The translations under genes and the position numbers were made by a program. DNA of 64,000 nucleotides from Raillietiella orientalis (taxonomy: Eukaryota), in assembly GCA_036172245.1 (NCBI GenBank), contig JAYWIR010000004.1, positions 1,054,001 through 1,118,000 on the forward strand, given 5' to 3'. A model generated the notes under the pieces. The model searched no databases. It worked only from the letters and a program-made list of their open reading frames with translations, and had not been told where the DNA came from. This document shows, one piece after another, positions 36,023-50,049 of this stretch (positions are counted from its first letter, which is position 1; every line of letters starts with the position of its first letter).

Positions 36023-38634
36023 TGCCGCATGTTGCTTCCCAATTCATAACCAAGACTTCCAGTAGATGGCGTTCTGAATTACGTTGATCTTGAATTCCCT
36101 TCTCCCTCTTGCTTAGCAATCTGAAGGGGAGAAGTCATCGCAATACAACTGAAAGTTGAGAATCTCAGGGTCATTTCAAAAGATAAGACACACCGTGTTC
36201 GGAAACACAAATTACAACTAAATGCAGGTGGGTTTTTTTTGCTTCAAAATTCATGACTGTTCCTTGATGACTCCTGGACACTTACGGTTTTGCTCACAAA
36301 ATATCATTCGTTTACGCTGTAGTGTTTCTCTATTTGTTCCGAATTCTGAATTTAAATCAGCAGTCGTCCATTGGATCAGCTAACCCTTGTAGAGTTTTGG
36401 ATGATGTTTCCCAAGGTTGCATGAAAGCAGCAATCATTGCAAAAACAGCCGAAAGAACAGCGAGCTGCTCGATATAAGTATAGATAGATTGTGTTCCTGC
36501 AAAATGTTCGTACCAATCACAGGTGCAACGTTCCTTGATCCTTTGCCTTTTCAAAAAGAAATACATGTTTTTTTTTTTTGTTTAAGCAGGCATCGTTTTG
36601 ATAGAGCCCCACAGAGTGACTCATATTCGTCTATCTTTCAATATCGGTTCTCTCCCTTCGGTTATTCCCCTCGTGTTCTCGTTCGGATTGTAGTTTTTTT
36701 TGTTTTGTTTTTCATAGTGCCGTTAGTTAATTATCCTATCCTTCCATTTCCCTAGGAAAGGAATACTTGGGCTTTTTGGATTCGGTTCACAATTTCGATG
36801 CTTGCATTTTATTCGCATCTTTCCATCAGTTTCAACTACAATTAACTGCTACGGAGGCTCTGCAATGTCTGCAGTCACTTTTGTTACGAAATGATGGATA
36901 GCACTGCTCGAAAACTTCCTGCAGTCTTTTCCTGAGTTACGCACCAGAAGGAAACCGTTTCTTCTCGTTTACTGCAATCGCAACCAAAGACGGGAGGATA
37001 ACTTCCCTGTGGAAAGTGTGATCCAAAGTGCAGAATATGGACAAATCAGGGAAGCTCGAATTTGTAGGTTTTCCGTATACGTTTGCATTGTCTGAACAGT
37101 ATGTGCCTGCAGGCATGAAGAATGAACTTGGGCTGCCGCGGTAATTTAGTCGGGAGCCAGCATTTAAACGTTCAGAAGAATATCCAAACGAGCATTTTCA
37201 GTACACAGTTGTACAATTCGGCGTGGGCATGCCCCAGTCATATGAAGACTTTCAGCACCCTAAAACAAGGGCTTGTGATGGGTTACGATACGACACCAAA
37301 AGGTGTCTGCTAAAGACAGACTGCGTCCAAGTGGTAAGATGGAGAAACCCCAATTTTTACCAATTTTTTTTTGCATCTTAACGTAATTTGAAAAGACTTG
37401 GAAGCAGGAACTTTGTTTGAGGAGGTCGATCATTTCCCATAGTTTACATGGCTTCAATGAATAATTTTGTTACCAGGAAAAGAAAACACCAAAGCAATGC
37501 TTAAAGGAACGCCATCCTTCGGTTCCCAAAGAATGCTATGCCCTATATAATACTTTCTATCTATGCAAGCGGTCCTTGGTAGGTGAGAAGATTCTGTGAT
37601 GCTGAAACTTCTTTTTCAGCTTGATAACCGTCAGCGATTTCGAGGTCGAGTTGGGTATTAATGTTCAGAAAGCAGAAACAGGAATCGAAAAACGTACTGT
37701 TTGACTTGAGGGAGACCATCTTCATTTGTAACTGTTTGTTGTGTGATCACATTGTTCCCTGCAATAAAAGACTTCAGCAACCTGTAGAAGCACTGTTGAT
37801 TAGCCCACATATTCTCTTATGGTCCCTAAGAACAAGACTAACCAAATAGGACCAACTCTTATCTGCATGCTGTGCACCGATGTTGTTGTGTGGCAACTTA
37901 AATTATGGCAATGTAATGCCCAGTTTGAATGATGTTACTACCAGACAATTGCTGGTTTCCAATACCTTCGCTTTCAAAAATTTCGAATGACAAGAAAGCA
38001 AGAATTACAGGAACCAGCAGGAATTACAGCACCAAAAGGAACGCTTGAAGGAACAGCATCCAGCCGTTGCAACAAAATTCTGAGCTTCCTGCAACATTTT
38101 TTACAAATGCAAACAATCTTTGATGTAGGATATTTTCCACAGCTGAAACTTCATCCTCATTGCTTAGCTTCATGGCTGACAGCAACTTGGAGATACAATT
38201 GCCTATTAACACTTCAAAGGGAGTCTAATAAGTGAACAGAAATGAGTTAGCAATTCATTACGGAAATCTCTTTTACTTTTCGGTATTGACTGAAGTGGAC
38301 TGAAAGACAGAGAGGAAGCAGACATCAAGTTGGCAACGTACTGTCCAAGTATTTGATTCTCTGACTTGAGTTTCAGATTTTCTTTTCTTACATTATGTAC
38401 TTTCTGGGAGAAATCTGCAAAAGAGCAGTTTGAAAGGATAGAAATGGATACATTTGAACAAGACTATCCAAAGTTTTCTAGAACTCCAGTACTTATGAAA
38501 TGAAGCGCACCTTCTCTTCATTTTCATCAGCACTGATGTCTTGATCTGCATCTAACAAGTAAACCACAAATGTACGTGATTATTATGTGACGACGTCGAA
38601 ATTCTTCCAAATTCTGGATATGTCATGTTTGAGC

Positions 38635-39583
38635 TGGAAAGTGAACCAGCTAATGAAAGTTTTTTCCTTGCACTCCCCCATTAGCTCTGTCCAGCAGTAG
38701 AGTTGATAGCGGTGACTTCTCCTCATTGGAAGAAAGAGAGGAGTTCTTGGAACTGCAAAGTAGTCTGAGTGGCATTAGTCTTGCAACCATCCAGCTGCCA
38801 GCTGTGCAAACTAGTCACCAGAAAGCAAAGAAAATTTCTAGAGTCCCTGAGAGATTATTTAAAATTTTATTTCTTGGGGACTCAGGGGCTGGCAAAAGTT
38901 GTTTGTTGTATAGGTAACATTCTGGGATGCAGAATTTTGTAATTGAATTTGCTTTCCAGATTCTGTGATCAGGAATTTCCTGATCTGGGTATCAGATCCA
39001 CGGTTGGAATGGATGTGCAAGTGCATCAGGTAGAAATAGATGGCCATACCACTTGTCTGCAGTTTTGGGACACTGCAGGTCAAGAATCCTTTCCCAGCAT
39101 CACACAGCAGTAGTTTCAAAGAGTTGACGGAGTCTTCATTGTATTTGATCTGACAGATGAATCAACTTTCCGCAGTTCAAGGCATTGGATGAACTGCATC
39201 AAAGTAATAAGTTAAACTTACAATGATAAACAATAACTTCATTGACAGGAACAAGCTCCCAAAGCTGTTGTTATGCTTGTAGGAAATAAGCTGGATCTGG
39301 TTCGCACTGCCCGTTTTGTGCTCAAACAAGAAGTAGGAACACATCTTGCAGAGGTGATGTTTTTGAGATTATTTCCCGACTTCCGTAACTACTTTATTTC
39401 TTACAGGTGGAAGGAGCTTTGTATGCCGAAACAAGTGCCAAAACTGGGGAAGGTGTGAAACATGCCTTGAGAGATTTTGTGTGTGCCTTATGGAGCTGGC
39501 AAGATAAAGAACTCGAAACTGGAAGTGTAATTCAGCTACAGTCTCCACCTTTCACTCCCTATTACAACTGCTGTAAATCCTGA
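38635..39583 (+). pseudogene. partial duplicate pseudogene of the RASEF-like gene (Rab-domain exons only)
   Basis: Copy of exons 8 (part) to 11. P-loop changed to GDSGAGKS, switch II ERFRS changed to ESFPS, premature TAG at 39111-39113. No upstream exons. Confidence 0.92.
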
Positions 39584-41247
39584 CAGCTATATGCATCCAG
39601 ACAAAATGCTTAAGAAACATAATGTGGTGCCCAAATATACAAGTTTTTAACGAAAAAGAGAATGACTTTGCTTTACAGTCGTAGCAGGTTGTTTATATCA
39701 ACGCTAATGTGAATAATTTATTGTGGCATACGTCCATGTAAATCAAGCAGTTTAAAATACTGAAGACCTTCCATTCGTTCCATAAACCAGCTCATCAGTT
39801 CCTATTGTATAAATGGAAGCATTGGATTTTAAAGCACGTAGACTAATGACAAAAGGTGGACAACGATTACAAAAGACAAGAGGGTGAGTCGACTGGAATA
39901 TCGGTGAACTTTGTTAACGACCGAAAGGGAAAACCTGTGCATAAGGGATGCTAGATACCATCATTAGGGAGGCATGGATTGCTTTTTCAGCATTCAGCCG
40001 TTTACTCCATATTAACGTGGGTTGGCCGAAAGTATTTCGCTGCTTTTCGAAAAGAAAAAAATGGTACTGCAATGAGCCTTTCTCATCGGCATGTTATTTC
40101 TCATGATCATCAGATTTGGAATGATTGCCAGTGAAGGATGATTTTCGACAACCTTGTCGACAAGGTGGAATGCCTTACGATCCAAGGTGCACACACACAA
40201 CGTGTATCCATAGGTTCCACGCAAACGGACGTGTTTAGGTCTTGGAAGTAGCGAACAACCAAACAAGATGCATACATTTTCCGGGGTGTGCAGTGAAACC
40301 ATCGAGTGGTCCACTGCTCCTACTGAAACCATCCTATATGTGGGTCGTAAGGACGAGAAAAGGTCTTGGCTGCAAAGATGGTGTTGGAAAGACCTTTCTT
40401 TCCCATCTGTTTCGACCTTGCCTGTTGAGTACCGGCTGGTGAATCGGAAACCGAAGAGTCCTGCAATTTCTATGCACTAAGCCAAAGCTTATCACGGTAC
40501 TTCCGCGACTCGTAGAATACGCGAGACCAACACACGAAAACAATCCGCGGTGAGCCCCACCAGTTGAATCACACTTTGAATATAACGACAACTCGAAGAC
40601 CACTCGAAAATCAGACTGCAGATCTGAAGGGGAGAGAGCAATGGCGACCACTTTTGTACGCTAATGAGCCCGTATTTCTTGCGGGAACCAGTCTGGAGGG
40701 TAGTCGTAGCTGCTTTCCTCGTTTTCATTTTTCCAGTGCATGACCACAGGCAGTCGGCAGAAGTTTGCACTGCTATACAAAAAGTTTCTGACTTGTTGTG
40801 GCATCCTGACTTGCCTTCAGATGAAGTTAACTCTCACAAGTGTTTCTTCTCTCTTTAACGGCTTCGAGCACGAAATGGACGTGTCGATGTTGTTTATCCC
40901 AACGGAACGGGCATTCCAGAAGAAAAAGACGTGTTTCAGTAGGGCACCCTTACGTAAGCGATGACCACCCTGAAAATTGCCTTGTCAGATGGCAAACGTG
41001 GACACGATATGTGCATCGGAGAGTCGGAATTCGTCGTAGAATAATGGGAACGCTGCTGAGAGAATGTTTTCCGATTCTCGATGGTAATTTAGGAAAACTC
41101 GCAAGGGGTCAGTGCGTTTCTAAAGATTCTGAAACTTCTGTTTCCCTTCCAATGCAATTGTCTTGGAAAGAGTCCTTTGCTCTTACCTACTTCTGGGCTC
41201 GTGATCTCCTAGGCACTAGGAGGTCTTCTAAGAGATTGAAATTAGCT
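38635..41247 (+). repeat. segmental duplication copy 2 (direct repeat of 15912-18526)
   Basis: Near-identical to copy 1 over most of its length, diverged at the left end. Confidence 0.97.
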
Positions 41248-44200
41248 GAACTATTCTGTCCAGAAGAACAACTATCGTTGGAATCCATCTTACTGATTGC
41301 TTCGCACATTCAAGCATGACTTCGGAATAACTGTCGCTGCACGGAACAAAAAGAACTGTGGCCAATGGGTGACGGAGCGGATGCTGGTATTAGCTTCCTT
41401 TAAAAAACGGATCCATCGGAGATCCTATTCCAAACACCCAATTGGCATCCACGCGAATGCAACGGTGATATCCCCATGCAACCACAGAAGATTCTTTCCT
41501 ACATTTTTGATCCGAATCGATAACGCACCACTCTTTGTTTATTACGGATGATATGTTTTGAGGTAAGGGAAGGGAACCGTGGATAGAAAGAAGCGAACGA
41601 ACACAGAAACGAACTCCTCACCAAAAGACCAAACGGACTCTGAAAACAAAAAGGGTTCGCATCTGCACATGGGACTTGTCGAAACCGTGTCCGGAATTGG
41701 CCTTTCGAATACTTGCTGTTTCTTATTAAGGGTACGAATTCGTGCATATTGGCACCATCGAGATCATGATCGTTCATCGAACTGGAATAATACACCGTAG
41801 GTGGTAATTTCCAAGAATACTTACCAAACTTCCGCCCTGTCGGGCACATGCAAAAGGTAACCTCCACTTTGTTGATCCCTCCCGAAGCGTGAGAAGAACA
41901 GACTCTCTTCTCCGGAGCCCTTACGGATTCATAGGGTGGTTCGCTCGTGGGATGTCCCCTATCTTGAAGAATTACACGCATCTTCGGGTAGTGTGGAAGC
42001 GTGTTAAAGGCTCTGAACCGCCTGGCGCCCGGCGCTTCTTGCGGTACTCGGCGAACCAAAAAAGGAAAACCTGAAAAAAAAAACGCTGGAAGGAAAGCAG
42101 AGAAGACAGTGAAGAGCCCAAAAGGATTTCCATCATCAGAAAGCAGTTGGGTAAAATGATGCACCTTAATTATCCGATAAACTAGGAGACATCTACTGGA
42201 GTCTCCCGGACCATGCGAATGCCTCTCTTCATATGAAAGATGGAAATCAATCGAGACATCTTTTAAACGAAAAGAGCGGCATTCTGCAGGCGCAAGCAAC
42301 GAAGTATGCAGAAGAATCATCTCTTGTGGCCTATAATCCTTCACCTTCGACAGGGATGGAATGAAGACCATGGCAAGTATTGTCCGGTCATCCGGAGCAT
42401 CTCCCCCATCCCGGTTTCTTGTTCCTCTCCATTCAACCAAGTTGCTTTCGGTGATTCCCAGAGACCGACCCGATGGAAAAAGAGCACAATCATTGGATTG
42501 GGCATTTCTGGAAAATGCTCTCCTTGACTCCTGGTGTCTTCTGGTAGGTGCAGTCGATGTCACCCTGTCTTCCTGCGTGTTTCGAAGGAAATTATGCGTT
42601 CCTTTTCTCACGTTTGCGTTTGTTTTATATGTGAGGAAACCAGCGTGTCCCAAGGCGCCAAGTTATTGGAGTGCTCAGAATCTCCTCGGGAGCAAAATTT
42701 GGCACAGCTGAAATCACGCGCACAGCTGCCGAAATTGCCGACTGTCAGCTGAGAGCTGCGCGAGCCAAAGTTTCCGCATCCCTTCTATCCGGAACCACCT
42801 CTTTCTTGGTAATAACAATAATTAAATGTTATGGTCGCTCCTCAGGGTGAAGTGGCATTTTCGTTATTGCTGTTTCTTTGGCATTTCCACGAACTTGTCT
42901 TTGAGGTCATTTACACATGAGACAGGATTTTTTTTTTTTTTTTTCTTTCGAAAGCAGGTGCATCCACGATCTCAGTCCTCCAAGAGGAACACTTGGCACT
43001 CGATTTTTTGTCTTCTGAAAAGAGAAGCGATGCCATCGCTGTGGAATTCTCTTCAGCTTTCCCTTGAGATCCGACTCCCTGCTTTGGGAATCAGTGAGTG
43101 AGCACTCAATAGCTTTGCTTGAAAAAGTGAGATAACTCGGAAATCTTGAATGTTGAATAGCAAAAGCACAACAACGAATTCCTTCGGCAGTTCTTGCACG
43201 GTAGGATTCGAGGATATTGAATGCTGCCAGGAAGCTTCTTCCTTTCCTGCAAAATGGACGCAATAAAAAGGAACGCGTCCTCAGGGAGAAACTGTCATTC
43301 CTGTAAAACGTCCGACATTTGGTCATCCGCTGTTTCCGTTCATGTTTGCATCCATCTCAAATGCATCGGGAATGATGTGTTTTCACTCATCAAGTGTTAA
43401 GAATACACATCACTTTCAGAAAGGAGGATGAGTGGCGAAAAATATTCAGAACTCCTTTTTCACCAATCCCGCTGCCAATGAAAGTCGACTGCTCATTCCA
43501 GCAGCAGAGATGGAGTAGTCGAGTTTCCTCCGTCTTCGATACGCATATCGGTCCAAATCGACCCGCTGTCTGTCGGTGGCAGGTCCACTGAGACTGCGAA
43601 ACTGATTGCAAACTGTCTTTTTCTACATGCATGTAGTTTTTTGCATCGCTTGCGATGTCAGTGCTGCACTGAGGTTCCGGAAGGAGGTGGCGCCGAGAGA
43701 CGAAGCTGGAAAAGACGTCAAACCCGAGCCTACTCGAAAGGGAGGCACCCGGCGTAAAAGCCGACGGAGCGACACGCGGTTCTTCAGAAGGAAGGCAGCT
43801 GAAACACTTCCAAGTTCTGCCATAGCACGCACAAACACACGAACAAGAGTTGGCATTCCAGCCTCTTTCTAAGATGCCAGTTATGCAACAAAATCTTTGC
43901 CTCGCGGATTCCTTTCGTTTTCCTACAAATGCTGTGTGTCCGCGACTGCCTGAGGTGCGCTCTAGATTGATTCATCACTCACACGCAGAAGCACGCGCAA
44001 AGTGGATCATTTCGGGTAGATGCGTTCATTTCTGCAGGTTCGATTTCCTTCTCGGCAGCGCTCATAGTGCACCCGCGTGTGCACTTCGTGTTTCTCCTTC
44101 GCCTCTTTATGATTAGCAAAGGTTAAAATATTCCGTTCCACATTGAATAACGCTTCCCGCATTCATTCTGTCCAAAAGTTTGGTAACGGCATCTCATTTT

Positions 44201-44719
44201 CCCTATCTTGCAGTCCTTCGTCCTGTTTCTACTTAAACAAATAGCTTAGTAATGTGTGCTTCTTCGTGCTGCTGCTGAGCTCCTTGAAATTGGAATGCAG
44301 TTGCTCAATCTCTCATGCAAAACTTATCATCTTTCACATCTGTCATTATTTCAATTTTTTTTTTTTTCGAATTTCATCTTTAAGATATTCGGGTTTTTGT
44401 AGCTCAAGCAGTGACAACGCATCTATGTTCTCTCTGGGGTCGCAAATGCGGTCTTACTTTTCTGTGACTGGAGTGGAAACGTGCATCAGACTGAATCAGC
44501 CGAACCGCGCTAGAATCGGAGACTTTTTGTACAAAATGTAATGTGATCTCTTCAGGATCAGAGAATTTCTCTAGACTGAAGACTAGATTGCTGCGGAAAA
44601 TACAGTCTCAAGAAAGATTTGTGGTTGTCTTCAAAGATTTAATCTTCAGACGAATTATACAAGGGAGCCGAATTATGCATTGAATACCATCACTCATTTT
44701 CATGCCACCTCGGAGATGA

Positions 44720-47700
44720 GAGACACGGAATATGGCGGTGCGATTGTCCTCTCATGGCATGTCCTTCCGTGCAGTGATGATGGTCGCCGTTCTGCAGCAC
44801 CCCGCGTGCGGCAGAAAAAAATGTGTTGCTGCGTTTCGTAGGCACCCTCCTGCTCTCACATACCCGTCCCGTTCCTTCTTACGAGCCTCACGCGACTCGA
44901 ATGGAACTTCCTATGACTTTCTCGTCGCAGATGCAAACTGTAGAGAATTTGCGCATGCATCACCCGGAGAGTGTATTCCACATCTGCTCCGTCGACAACC
45001 AGCTGCACACGGGGGTTCTGCAACACAAGAGGAGATCACGAGAGGGATCCAGGGCTGTAGCAGCGCCTTCTGAGGGCGCCAGGTTGCGTGAGGGTGCCTT
45101 CTCCTGTCCTTCGTTGCACTTTCGGCGCTTTAGAAAGCTCTCAGCTTCCGGCTGCTGCTGCCGCTCTGCTTCCTCTGTGAGCCTCCCAATGTAGTTCTCG
45201 CGCGCCAATACATGTGCACGTGTATGCACGCGTTCCATCGCATAACGAGTCGTGCGGCCGTGTCCCTCTCACGATTGTCAGCTCCCAGTGAAAGAGTTGA
45301 ATGCTGTTGAATGCCATCGTTTCGTGCTGTGCACTTTCGTTGGGAAAAAGAAACCTGCCGCTGTCGAGATGGCCGACTTGAGGCAAAGAGGGTACGACGT
45401 CATCCCAGCTGCTGACGACTAGTCTCTGATCTACCAAAAAGCACTCTTCTGGATCCCTGCCGTTGACCAGCATCCCTTGGATGGACCGTTTCGTAAGTCG
45501 AGCGACGCCGCCCGCAGGTTCTGGAGCCTCGCTACTGCCTTCGCGGACTTCCCCACTACCTTGGTTCGAGCGCCATATGGATGAAGAGGAGCTATTCAGG
45601 GAGATATAGCAGAAGACAGGAAGGACCGCGAGAGCTCCTCGTTCCTTGATCTTCGGGAGGGCGTTCCTTCCCCCTCCTCTGCCTCCGCACCCCTTCCAGA
45701 TTCCCTCGTCGTGGTTCTCAGCTGATCTTGCCTCTCACTTTTCAAGTACTGAGGGCGTATGGCGATCTTTTGCACAAAGATGAGTTCCTCCCCTCGGTTC
45801 TCTCACGCCCAGTCTATACTCGCCCACCTTCACCCAGTAATCTTTCTTGGGATGTCTCGTCACGCAGTGGGCTGCAGTCAGGAGGCGCATCTGATATGAT
45901 GACTACCTGGCTCCCAGTGGCCTCTCTTATGGACCAGGACACTCTCCTCAAGGGTGGGGAAAACGACAGGGAGCAGATGAATAGGACGGGCTTTGCTAAG
46001 GGCGATTCTCGGGCGGAGGGATGCCCTCGCGGGCGGCAAGCCACCTGCCAAGGGTGCGAACCAGGTACGTTAAATAGCCGACGATGACCATCCTAGAGAC
46101 CTGCTAGCGTGATTGCTAGCGTTGACTCCACTGCTCTTCCATTTTGCCATGTCCCTGCGGGAGGAGGGAAGGGGAGTACGTCCTTATCCCGGCGCCCGCT
46201 GTGGGTGCTGTGCTCCTGCTTTCGCTAGCGTTGGCTGGCAACCTCTCCTTCTCTTGGAAAGGCGCGACGCCCTCTCCTCATGGCTGTTGAAGAAACCCGT
46301 GAGTAGCCTTGCGCCGGAAGGTGCTCTCACCGGTCCCACTTTTCTGGAAAGGAAGAAGAGAAAAGACCGCCGCCGTTCCCCGAGCTGAGGTTGGAGCCTC
46401 GTGATCTCGAGGGTGCGACCTCTATTGTCCTTCGAGTTGCTTCAGGAATCCTTCTCAACCTCACTCCAGACAGATTGTCTTCCGCGGTTTTCTTCCGAGC
46501 GGTCATCTTCGGAATGCCCCGCGCTTCCTCAGGCGTTAAGTAACGGCTCTTGCCGAGATGCGCCAGAACTTCCCGCGATGCTCACTGCATCTGAGCAACA
46601 CGTGCAATCGACAGACTCGAAAGGACAAAGCAGCTCAAGTTGGCCAAGGGGATCGACGTGGCGGGTGGAACTCAAACGGAAAAAGACGATGAGCATCCCG
46701 CATAAGAGAAGCAGGAGAAGTCTCTTTTCCCAGAATCTTCGTGGAGAGGGAACGCTCGCTCCTGACTCGCAGAGTCCGCGTCCGTCCATCACCGTTCCGT
46801 CGCCAGACCCGGCTCTATCCTTGGGGACGAAACCCCTCGGGGCGGCGGACGCCGAGAAGTGGAGCTTTTCTGCGACGGACAACGGCGACGCCTTCCCCGA
46901 CGGCGCTCTTTCTGAGCCGGGCGGATTCATCTAGCGTCCACCAACGTGTCTCGCGGGGTGCCCGAGAAGCGCCGCTCCAAGAAGGAACGTTTGCGCTTAC
47001 TCTCTTTGACCCAACGTTTTGGGCTCCGAGCGGGCATGCGGAGGTGGACGCAGTGGCACCGTTTGTCCCGAGCTCGTTCCCTTCCTGCAGTCGATTCCAA
47101 AGCGCCCACGAAGCCCTGAGACGGGGAAGGTCAACGGCGCTTGCAGATTGGTAGCAACAACAGCCAGAGCACCTTTTGTTGTCTTCCCCCCGCGTCTCCT
47201 TGTAGCGCTCCAAGGTAGCGTCCTGTGGGGACTTCTAACAGACCATTGCCGCACTCCAGAAGGGATGGTGCATCAGACCAGGCTTCGCCCGTCCAGCGCA
47301 GCAGTCAGCTCGCGGGGACTTTTCCCGGTCCCACCGCACACCATAAACACGCGAGCGGGATCGAGGTAACCGTTGTTTCAGTGACGCAAGCACTCTCTCA
47401 AGGCCTTAAGGAAGATCGAATTGTCGTGCACACAGTCTTTGAGATCATCGAGTCTTTGAGAGCCGGAAGTGCCGGTTGGCGTATCGCGTTCGGTACTGCT
47501 CGGCAAGAGCGTTCATCCGCTGCCAAGCACCTCGGAAAAGAAGGCCACAGGGCGTGGTCGAAGCCACAGCCTCGAAGTTTGCCAGTAGCGAAGCCGCAGG
47601 ACTCGTACCGGAGTGTCACGAAATCTGAGCCATGCAACCGGATCGTTCGGAGCAGCCAGCATTCCTGGAGAGTTCCGCGCCCTCCACTGGCGCCCTGCTC

Positions 47701-49912
47701 CGCACAAGATGGCTCTGCTACACGCTCGGCGGCGACGCACAAGGCGTAAAAAAAAATGGGACGACTTCTCTCTAAGCCAAACCTAGGCAGGGGGGTGATG
47801 GCTTGGGTAAGTGTGCCAGCCTCCATCCGTGAGAGGGCCGCAAGAGTCACACGGGTTCGGCCGCGGACTGAAGGGTATCTGCTTCCCGCTACATCAAGGA
47901 CAGAGAGGATGAGCCGCACGCGCTGGCGCTGCGCCCCTCGCGCTGGTCTGCCAGAGAAACGCCGTAGCGACACAAGAAGACACTACCTGATGCGAGGCAG
48001 GAGAGCGGCGCCACGATGATCATCACCCAGTGGAGTGGCATGTCGCCCGAGAAAGATGAGCGATTCGGCAGCTGCGCGCCACGTATGTATGCGCGCCGGT
48101 CGCTTCTCAGCCCCGCGTGCTACAACAGGGGCAGTGTTCACGGCTCGTCTCCGTCCTCTTCTACCGTATCCTCCAATACGGAGATGCAGTCGGGATTCAT
48201 CGCTCGTTTTCCGGATCTCAAGACCAAGATCCGAAGTTCCCCACTCAAGGCGGAATTCCAATCCACAGAGAACCCGAGGGCATCCGAGACAATTGGATAG
48301 CTCCCGTTTTTGGGGCACGAGCCGCGTCAGCAGCGAGGGGTCCTCACCGCTTGCGTGGATTCCATCCCGGGTTGGAGAGAGTCGAACGGCTACGCGCCGT
48401 TCCAGCGAGGCGGTGGTGGTCATGCTCCGCTGCGACAGCCGATGTCGCCTTTAGGCCGCAAAGAAAGAAGAACGCTTCCTCCATCGGAAAAGAAACTCGC
48501 GCGAGGAAATGCAACCCTCGACATCCGCAGCCTCGAAGCCTCTGCGGCTCTCCCTCCCAGTGCAAGATAGGAGGGCGCGGCGGGATGGCACTCGCCCAGT
48601 TCGCCGGTGCGCTCCTCCATCCAGGAGCGCGAGATGAAGATCTCACGCGCCTGACGATGTGCGTGGGCTCGTTTGCAGGGACCCGAAGGGTCCAACAATC
48701 CGTCTATGAGTCTCCTCCGACAGCCCCGCACGGTGGTCTCAAGCAGATGTGTGCGGCTCTAGCGTTCGCCGGGAGGAGCCCTCGCGAACAAGTGAAATGG
48801 TGCGCCGAACGTACCTCGGCCGGGTCTTCTTCTAGAAAGGGGAGGTGCATGCTCGGCCTTGGTGCGGGCGTTGTAATCCCTGCTGCACTCGATTTTGCTC
48901 ATCTGTCAATGCAGCGAACTCCACCCAGGCGTCCGACGTCGGGCCCTCCCCCTAGAGTGCGGGTTCCCGGGAAGGCCTTCCTCCTCTCTTGCCCTTCGGT
49001 AAAAACTGCCGGAGGCCACCTCTCATGGAACATACGTTCGCAACCTCCAATGCGATCCCAGTCTCTCGCTGCGTAGATGCAGCATCGAGCTAGAAAGTTC
49101 CGGATGGTCGCAGCAGCTACGTTTGCCCCTCTCCCCCGGCCGGCGCCCTTATTGGGAAATGGCGTGGAATACCAAAGAACAGTCATCGGGAAGGAAAAGG
49201 AAAAAGTCTTTTATTCGTAGTGGAAATGTAACTCTCACCTTCAGCGTCCCCGATAGAGGGATCTCTGCACACTCCCTCGCAGGGACAGGTGAGAGGAGTG
49301 TGAAGAATGAAAAGAAACAACCAAATGAAATAGCTGCTTTCCGAGCTAAAAGGGGGAAGGGAAGGAGGGAACTAGGAAAAGGGGAGAATCATAGCAGATT
49401 CCCTGGCGTTCTCTTTATCCTCGCCAGGACACTGGCGAGTTCCTCCTTGAGGGTCGTTGGGCACCGCAACCTCCGTCGCGACCCTCAAGGAAGAAATGAC
49501 TATCGAAGCGGCTTCCTTCCTATTCTGATGCCTTCCCGGAGCAGTTTCGGGCACCATCATGTCACGGAAGCAGCGGAAAGCTGGAAACCTCCCGCAGCAG
49601 GGAAATTTCTTTCCTGATGAAGTGCCCTTGGGGCTCTTCGTGGAGATATGCAGGATGGCGGCAAGGAGCGCCCACACAATTCGGAGCCCCGCAACCCACT
49701 CCACTGCATGGTTGAGGAAGGACTTCGCTCCCCATAGTGATTCCCTCCGCGGGTTCTCCATCAGGCGAGAGAATAAGGAAGAGGTTCCCTTCAGGATTTC
49801 CTTTAGAGAAAACCAGGGTGAGGGTTCCCTTCAGAGTTTACCCCAAGAGTAAGAGGAACACACTCCTTCCTCTGGCGCCTTCCTGCATTCATTGAGTGGT
49901 CTCTCCGGGGTG
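44720..49912 (-). mobile_element. decayed L1/Tx1-like LINE: 5'UTR, ORF1 remnant and APE endonuclease, 3'-truncated
   Basis: Leader with CTGAAGGGAACC repeats (49700-49840) like 24300-24660. VSWSIRE (about 45940) resembles SWNVRG. FLVDQRL...VPSLPQVGH (45370-45450) resembles the FLV...SDH end of APE. GC-rich. Confidence 0.45.
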
Positions 49913-50049
49913 ATCTCCTAGCCTGAAGAGTTGCATGCACACTCGGCAGGCGTGGCCAGAGTCAATGAGCTTCGTGGATTTCCCCTAAGGAGGCGAATGG
50001 TTCTTCGGCAGCATTTGAAAACCAAAAAAAAAAAACAGTATTTCGGCGT

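Noticed and set aside
36750..38634. Plus-strand decayed LINE ending at the copy-2 breakpoint (LLCDDV resembling YADD)
   Set aside because: Motif resemblance too weak to list as a feature without a profile search.
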